Virus record (IMG/VR): IMGVR_UViG_3300005573_001035
Coordinates: 73,620 to 137,619 of that record
Origin: a virus
Direction: 5' to 3' (one strand)
Length of the DNA stretch: 64,000 nt
Shown: positions 58,319 through 64,000 of the stretch, in pieces
How positions within the stretch are numbered: position 1 is the stretch's first letter
How the letters are laid out: the number at the start of each line of letters is the position of its first letter
Translations under genes and position numbers: made by a program
Notes under the pieces: generated by a model
What the model was told of the DNA's origin: nothing
The model's database searches: none
What the model saw: only the letters and a program-made list of their open reading frames with translations

Positions 58319-58540
58319 TCAGCCAAATCGCAACAGATCTAGGCAATCTGTTTTCTGAGGATAGCACTCACATTCTACAAAAATAGAATTATCACAACAA
58401 ATTATAGAATGGACTCTTTGGCACCATCCCTTAGCCGAGTAACAAACTAGGTCTGAATAAGAATCACAATCTCGCGGGTCTTCTGGGACAATCATTCCGT
58501 TATCCAAAACTTTAACTTCGACAGGACGAATAATAGTCAT
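58319..58540 (-). CDS. Small Cys-rich hypothetical protein
   Basis: 73 aa with 8 Cys; GGAGGG SD. Confidence 0.55.
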   Translation of the reverse strand: MTIIRPVEVKVLDNGMIVPEDPRDCDSYSDLVCYSAKGWCQRVHSIICCDNSIFVECECYPQKTDCLDLLRFG

Positions 58541-58567
58541 TTTCTTTCGCCCTCCGTATCTGGTAAT

Positions 58568-58972
58568 TTAGACTTCCTCTTTTCCCCTAAAGAACAACCA
58601 CGATGAAGACTTGTAGTAACCAGGAACCTTAATTAGGTGGAAAAGTCCCTTTATTTTAGATCCTTCAAAAACTAACGAAATCTTCAGGTCATCTTGCCAA
58701 GATAAGATACGACATATGCCATAATCCCACTTCGTATATTCATTTCTTTCAGGACTTCGTAATAAGGCTTGCTCTTCTGAATGATCTGGAGTTTGGAACA
58801 ACATGATTTTCTGATTAGATTTCTCAGGAAGGACTAAGTAGAGCTTCCTAGTAGCAAAACTAAGCCAAAGTTTTCGCTTTTCCTTAGGATGAAAGGGAGG
58901 GTACTTAATTCTTATATCGTGGTGAGTACTAGGTCTCCTATGAACAAGGATAATGAAAAGCGTCTTTTGCAT
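58568..58972 (-). CDS. Stand-alone LigD-type 3'-phosphoesterase domain
   Basis: FIILVH...HHDIRI...SFATRK...QTPDH...WDYG...FEGSKIKG matches the LigD PE pattern. Confidence 0.72.
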   Translation of the reverse strand: MQKTLFIILVHRRPSTHHDIRIKYPPFHPKEKRKLWLSFATRKLYLVLPEKSNQKIMLFQTPDHSEEQALLRSPERNEYTKWDYGICRILSWQDDLKISLVFEGSKIKGLFHLIKVPGYYKSSSWLFFRGKEEV

Positions 58973-58977
58973 TTCTC

Positions 58978-59541
58978 TTACTTGATGCCTCTCTTTTCTT
59001 GAACTAGACGAATGAAATCTTTGTAAGAAACATTTTGAACCAAATTAAATAGAAGAACAATACTCACATCATTCCTTGGACTACAAAGATAAGACACTTC
59101 TTTGGGGAGCAACTTGTCCAGAACGAGATTCATAGTTTCGTATGAAAAGCAACATATCGCATCGAAATAATTCTTCTTACAAACAAGGAGAGGTTCTTTT
59201 CCGGATCTTTCCGCATCTCGCTTAGTTTGGTTCCAGAAACAAAGAATGCCATGTTTCTTATCAGGTAGAAGAAAATCAGCTAGATCAAACGAAGAATAAA
59301 ACTTCGTCTCAACATTGAAGATAGAGCAAAATGTAAAACCTTCACCTTTTGTACCACAAAGATCTCCAGATTGCCCTTTAAGAGACTCTCCACTTCCCTC
59401 CTTGAGAACTCTGGAGGTAAAGCGGGCTCCTGAGGAATGGCTTCGCCACAACAGGTCTTTATCTTTTCCCTCGCTAATCCACAAAGATAAGATCTTAGAT
59501 ACAGTTCTCTCAAATGAAGATCCCTTCGCTTTTCCATTCAT
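58978..59541 (-). CDS. Holliday junction resolvase (Hjc-like PD-(D/E)xK)
   Basis: KAKGSSFER, SGA, GDL, VETK, FWNQ. Confidence 0.78.
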   Translation of the reverse strand: MNGKAKGSSFERTVSKILSLWISEGKDKDLLWRSHSSGARFTSRVLKEGSGESLKGQSGDLCGTKGEGFTFCSIFNVETKFYSSFDLADFLLPDKKHGILCFWNQTKRDAERSGKEPLLVCKKNYFDAICCFSYETMNLVLDKLLPKEVSYLCSPRNDVSIVLLFNLVQNVSYKDFIRLVQEKRGIK

Positions 59542-59548
59542 GCTTCCA

Positions 59549-60256
59549 TCACCCTACATCAACTACTACCATAGGTATCGAACCTAGCTCAAGTTTATCT
59601 ATTAGTTCTCTTTTTTCTTCTTTCCCCTCGTCTCCAATTGCCTCATTGATAGGAATCTCCCCAAACGGAGTTCTTAGATTTCCCGAGTATCTCTTTCTAA
59701 TAGCCCCAAGTTGGATCTTAATATCAGCCAAAGCAAATTTCTTAAACCACATCTCGAAACTCACTGGAATGGTCGATAAGTTAGAAGCATGTATCGTTTC
59801 GTATTCTGCGACTATAGGACCAGAATTTGGTCTGGGAGAGATTCGAACTATATTAGGATGCTCAAACTCGTACGTAAAATCAAAAGATGAGAACAATTTA
59901 ACCGTCTTAGCAACTTCAACGTTTAGCGCCCATTCTCTCAGTTCAAACTGAGTAAAGGGACCCAGAGGAGGATGACCAAAAAGAAGTTCTTCTGCCGCAG
60001 AAAAATACAATTTAACCAAACGAATTATTTCTAAGTGCGCTGGATCTACAACATAGTACTTATTATAAGCATCTGGAACTTTGTCCCGGCTAGGATCAAT
60101 GGTAGCCGTCGCTTTTCTGGGTAAGTAGAAAGAAAATTCTCTGAGTGTATTATTAACAATGTAGTTTGAAATATCCGTATCAGAAAACTCAACAATCTGA
60201 AAAGGAAAACCTAAGTTCATTTTTATGTAATCTAGAACAGAACCTATAGTTAGCAT
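59549..60256 (-). CDS. Neck/head-tail adaptor protein (gp13-like)
   Basis: YIKMNLGFP..VE, WFKKFALADIKIQLGAIRKRY, EGKEEKRELIDKL, C-terminal DVG. Confidence 0.72.
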   Translation of the reverse strand: MLTIGSVLDYIKMNLGFPFQIVEFSDTDISNYIVNNTLREFSFYLPRKATATIDPSRDKVPDAYNKYYVVDPAHLEIIRLVKLYFSAAEELLFGHPPLGPFTQFELREWALNVEVAKTVKLFSSFDFTYEFEHPNIVRISPRPNSGPIVAEYETIHASNLSTIPVSFEMWFKKFALADIKIQLGAIRKRYSGNLRTPFGEIPINEAIGDEGKEEKRELIDKLELGSIPMVVVDVG

Positions 60257-60317
60257 GCTTTTTTATCCTCTTGTAAAAAAGACTATGCTATAAAGAAGAC
60301 CATATATTTGTTCAGAT

Positions 60318-61529
60318 CTAAAATCTAGGTTCCATAGGTGAAACCAGAGAAAAAGCCACCTTTCTTTCTTCAGGGTTTAGGTACTGCTCAAAGATTGTGA
60401 AGATTGTGCCTTCATCTCTAAATATACCCAAGGCATCACAAACCTTCATGAAGTCAGCATAACTAGAACGTTTCTTCAAGATGTCCAGGCTATTTCTAAT
60501 TATGGAGGCTCTTTTAGAAAGATTCAAATCTCGTTCCATAAACTTACATAAGACCTCAAAAGATACCAGCTTTAGGTTCCTAGATACAACCAGATTGAAC
60601 TCTTCTTTATCGACCTTGGTAATACTATGGATTGGGGTATAGTCTAAAGAGGAGGGAAAAATTGGCTCATCATTTATAACAGAATCGTAGATTTTGTCCA
60701 TAGAAAGACCCGCTTTTGCCATATAACGGGCAATTTTATATGCCTTTTTGTACCCAACGTTCTTAATATTAGGAACGCTGTCTGAGCTATCTCCTCCAAT
60801 AGCTAAAACCAGTGGAAAATAAGAACAATCTAAGTCATTCGCTCCTGGATCTTTTAAGAAAAAAGACATAAGATCTGATCTGGAAATAACACTTATCGTT
60901 CTTTTGTTTTTAACCAGCTGCTTAATTTTATCTCCCTGGGTTGTTGAAAAGCACTGGAATAAATCTTTATCATTAGAGTATATGACAACTTTTTTACTCT
61001 CAGCATCAATCAGGTTATTTCTAAGAAGATAATAGGGAATAAAGTCAGCTTCTAAATGTTCTAACTGAATATTACATACTGAAGGCATAGCATTGCATAC
61101 ATCGACACTCAAGTTCATGTTTTTTCGAAGCACCTGAAAAAATAAATCTTTGTACTCATCATCTAGGCCATAGAACGGATCTAGTTTCCTAGCAATCTTG
61201 TAACTAGACATAATATTCTCGTGGTAGAAAGATCGGCCCACTTCATGAAAGAATATAAAAGAGACTTCTATGTTCCTAGATTGGGCAAATTTCCTATGAA
61301 ATTCAATAAAGTAAAGAATCGCAGATAAGATACTGGTATCAATTCTTGAAGTCCTAGAGGCTATATCACAAACATACTCGACAAACTCTTTCATATAAAT
61401 AGATTGAAGGCAGTTTCTAAGATCAACAAAAAGAAGCAAGTCTTTTTTCTCGCCGCTACTAGGATCCAGAACTAAAGAATCCAACACACTATAAGTAGGA
61501 ATATACGGAATTAAAGACCGATCCCACAT
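60318..61529 (-). CDS. 5'-3' exonuclease / T4 RNase H-like flap nuclease
   Basis: FVD, YKIAR, LEADF, SNDKDLFQ, GDSSDSVPNIKNVGYKKA. Confidence 0.85.
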   Translation of the reverse strand: MWDRSLIPYIPTYSVLDSLVLDPSSGEKKDLLLFVDLRNCLQSIYMKEFVEYVCDIASRTSRIDTSILSAILYFIEFHRKFAQSRNIEVSFIFFHEVGRSFYHENIMSSYKIARKLDPFYGLDDEYKDLFFQVLRKNMNLSVDVCNAMPSVCNIQLEHLEADFIPYYLLRNNLIDAESKKVVIYSNDKDLFQCFSTTQGDKIKQLVKNKRTISVISRSDLMSFFLKDPGANDLDCSYFPLVLAIGGDSSDSVPNIKNVGYKKAYKIARYMAKAGLSMDKIYDSVINDEPIFPSSLDYTPIHSITKVDKEEFNLVVSRNLKLVSFEVLCKFMERDLNLSKRASIIRNSLDILKKRSSYADFMKVCDALGIFRDEGTIFTIFEQYLNPEERKVAFSLVSPMEPRF

Positions 61530-61556
61530 GTAAGAAGATCCTCTCTCTTTCCCCTT

Positions 61557-62345
61557 TTATTCTTCTAAGAAACTAGCTTTGCAGTAACAAGAAACAGGAA
61601 CATTAGATACCAAGCCCTCAAACTTAAATATCATATTCGAAGAAGTTTCTTGGGATGCCAGAATCTCAACACGAATGTCTTCTCCATCATATGGTACTAA
61701 GAAGGGGAAATCAGGAACGGATGCAATTACGTCATTTTCATTATCGTCTAATTCGTCGCTAAGAAGAGATCCTACTTGTAGGTTATCTTGGACAGGAATT
61801 GAAAAGATTCTAGCAAACTCGCTCTGGTTTAAAGAATGGGTTGTAAAAAGAATTTGCTCCTTTGAAAAATGAACTTGGACCGAAGATGAACTAAAACTTT
61901 GGTTACATGCTCCAATCTTAGCACAAATGCTAAGGGGAACCCTAGCATCTACTATCGATGAAAACGTGCTTAGATTCATTAAGGACTCAATCGAGTCAAC
62001 AAACTTGTTATCCAAAAACTCTCTCGAGGGCTTGAGAATCTTAAGCATAGAAATGGAATCAGAAATCGTAAAGAACTCATCATGAATTGCTAACTTAACA
62101 TCTACGGATTTGAAGAACCCTTTAAAAAGCTCCAATTTCTGTCTAATATTACAGATGGGAACAGAAATCGTATCAATCCCTGAAAAAACAGGTTTGAGAT
62201 CAATCATAAAAAGAACAGTTCTGTTGGTAGATAACTGCTGAATAAGAGAATTCTGGATGTCTACATCGTTACATAGATCTTTGAGAATTGAGATAACATC
62301 CGTAAGAGCTTTAAATTTATCCTTATCAATTGTGATTTCTTGCAT
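61557..62345 (-). CDS. Putative sliding clamp (gp45/PCNA-like)
   Basis: 262 aa, acidic, alternating alpha/beta; located between the exonuclease and primase. Confidence 0.5.
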   Translation of the reverse strand: MQEITIDKDKFKALTDVISILKDLCNDVDIQNSLIQQLSTNRTVLFMIDLKPVFSGIDTISVPICNIRQKLELFKGFFKSVDVKLAIHDEFFTISDSISMLKILKPSREFLDNKFVDSIESLMNLSTFSSIVDARVPLSICAKIGACNQSFSSSSVQVHFSKEQILFTTHSLNQSEFARIFSIPVQDNLQVGSLLSDELDDNENDVIASVPDFPFLVPYDGEDIRVEILASQETSSNMIFKFEGLVSNVPVSCYCKASFLEE

Positions 62346-62371
62346 TTTGCTTTTCTCCCCTCTCGTATTTA

Positions 62372-62857
62372 TTAGTCGTCTTCTTCCAGAAGACTTTGAA
62401 TCCTCTCAACAAGAAGTTTCGATTCTTCATTATCCTCTATCTTTCTAGAGACAAGAAGATAAATAAACTTATCCTCTGATTTAGAAATGAATTTAGTTGA
62501 GTGTAGTACGACCAAACATTTCTCTAAGACCTCAATCATTTCTAATGCGTAATCTGTGATCGAGTTCTTTAATGAGCTAGGAACTAAGAAAATAACAAAG
62601 ATATGGGGTTTCTTGTTCTTTATAACAAGCTGGGTTATATAGAAAACATTGCCCAATTTTAGAAGATCATCTGGCGAGGGCGCAGATAAAAATAACTTAT
62701 GGGCAGATTCTTCGTCAATATCATCTAAATCAACCTTCTCGAGGAATGGGTTTTTGGTCGGTGGTCCTTTAAGACAAGCACAAATATTTTTTAACAATGT
62801 TTGGTAAGTTTGAAGTTTCTTCACTTTATGTTCCCTCCTCAAATTACTTGTCCGCAA
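62372..62857 (-). CDS. Hypothetical protein
   Basis: 161-aa ORF overlapping the primase stop. Confidence 0.6.
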   Translation of the reverse strand: MRTSNLRREHKVKKLQTYQTLLKNICACLKGPPTKNPFLEKVDLDDIDEESAHKLFLSAPSPDDLLKLGNVFYITQLVIKNKKPHIFVIFLVPSSLKNSITDYALEMIEVLEKCLVVLHSTKFISKSEDKFIYLLVSRKIEDNEESKLLVERIQSLLEEDD

Positions 62858-63998
62858 AAATTTTCTTCACACTAGGAACTATAGCGTGAGTCTGAAAAGA
62901 CACATCACTGCTAGCAAAATCTTTACTATTTGCATTATATGAAACTTTGAAACTCCCCACATTTAGAAAGCTCTTAGAAAGATTCCGATAGAAAGATAGA
63001 TCTATTCCATAATCTGACAAGATAATTACTTGTGGATGCACACAAATTGAGAAATCAAAAAAGATAGATCTAATCAAATTGGAATAGCTAGTTGATAAAG
63101 CAGATGCTATTATAAAGTTCCTTTCTATGTCTTCAGAGGGAGTGGAAGGAGTAAACTCAAAGATTTTATTCTTTGCTGGTACAAAGGCTTTTCTTATAAA
63201 TTCATTATAGAACATTTGCCTATATTCTAAACTGTGTCTTAGATACACGCTAGTAACCAGGGCATCAAATATTCCTTCACATAGAACAATAACCGGTAGA
63301 GAAGAAGAATTCCTTCTGGGTTTCGTTGCCAGATAGTAATCAAAAAGAGCTAGGTACTTAGCTCCGTTCATATTCTTAACTTCTCTTGGAAGCAAAGAAA
63401 AAGATCGATATCTCGCCGAAGAATTTTTATCGTTCTCTTGAACCTTTATATTTCTACCAACAAGCTTGGTTTTCTTATAAGTTACAAAGAAAATGTAATC
63501 ATTTCGATAAGTTTGGGCTTTTTGAGTTAGTTCATCCCACTCTAACGATGAGTAACTAGATAGCAAGAAATCTCGATTTTGATAAAGAAACATACCAACA
63601 TCTAAAATAACTCCAGGTACAAAATTACGAAACACTCTGGCTGCATTGTCTGGGGTAAATACCTCTGGAGGTAAATTCAATCTTCGCCATAAGTACATAG
63701 ACTTTTCTAGGTTACTAGAAACTAGCTTGGCATCTATTTCTTGGACAAGTATGTTTGTAGCAAACTCGGAAAGAACCTTATCTGCGTTTGAAGACATCTT
63801 ATCAGAATTAACTCGAAAAAACTCACCAGCCCGATTAACAAATTCTCGTATCCTGGTAATTTCATCTACACAATCGTTTCCAAGAATTTTTCGAACTAGT
63901 TTATCTAGGGTTCCGGCCGAATCACACCTAAAACAATGGTAAATGGGTTTCTCTTTGTCGACATACAGATGGTAGTGGTTTTTGTTTATTTCTCCAAC
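62844..63998 (-). CDS. DNA primase (5' end outside the window)
   Basis: TOPRIM VLCEGIFDAL; frame is open to the window edge and includes the zinc-finger half HYHLYV...YHCFRC. Confidence 0.82.
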   Translation of the reverse strand, partial: VGEINKNHYHLYVDKEKPIYHCFRCDSAGTLDKLVRKILGNDCVDEITRIREFVNRAGEFFRVNSDKMSSNADKVLSEFATNILVQEIDAKLVSSNLEKSMYLWRRLNLPPEVFTPDNAARVFRNFVPGVILDVGMFLYQNRDFLLSSYSSLEWDELTQKAQTYRNDYIFFVTYKKTKLVGRNIKVQENDKNSSARYRSFSLLPREVKNMNGAKYLALFDYYLATKPRRNSSSLPVIVLCEGIFDALVTSVYLRHSLEYRQMFYNEFIRKAFVPAKNKIFEFTPSTPSEDIERNFIIASALSTSYSNLIRSIFFDFSICVHPQVIILSDYGIDLSFYRNLSKSFLNVGSFKVSYNANSKDFASSDVSFQTHAIVPSVKKIFADK

Positions 63999-64000
63999 TT

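Noticed and set aside
1-64000. Stop-codon reassignment (TAG)
   Set aside because: Standard-code ORFs tile the window densely, and TAG falls at sensible gene ends followed by new SD/start sites

Overview
This window is a ~37% GC, gene-dense segment of a large (jumbo-type) myovirus genome. Almost all genes are on the minus strand, apart from a plus-strand island at 24.3-32.3 kb (terminase, HExxH protein, tape-measure-like protein, baseplate-like protein). It encodes T4-like baseplate, tail and neck genes (gp5-, gp6-, gp25-, gp26-, gp53-, gp13- and tube-like), replication and recombination genes (primase, clamp, 5'-3' exonuclease, Holliday junction resolvase, RecA/UvsX, Cas4-like nuclease, LigD phosphoesterase) and anaerobic ribonucleotide reduction (nrdD/nrdG). 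The most notable structures are: (1) nrdD is broken into two genes 1.4 kb apart, joined by an atypically split Ser1/Ser+1 intein (35-aa N-fragment, 211-aa C-fragment) with no homing endonuclease between the halves; (2) a tandem array of six paralogous genes plus a pseudogene, with a conserved N-domain, an LxE junction, a variable region, usually a hydrophobic helix and a C-x8-13-C-x22-C-x8-C domain; (3) two giant Gly-X-Ser repeat proteins, one fused to a gp5/VgrG-like spike, flanking a glycosyltransferase/methyltransferase/radical-SAM/phosphatase cluster; (4) a duplicated and split gp6-like wedge; (5) candidate +1 frameshifts; and (6) a recurring AACA-N6-T(A/G) upstream motif. All calls come from reading motifs by eye; no database searches were run.
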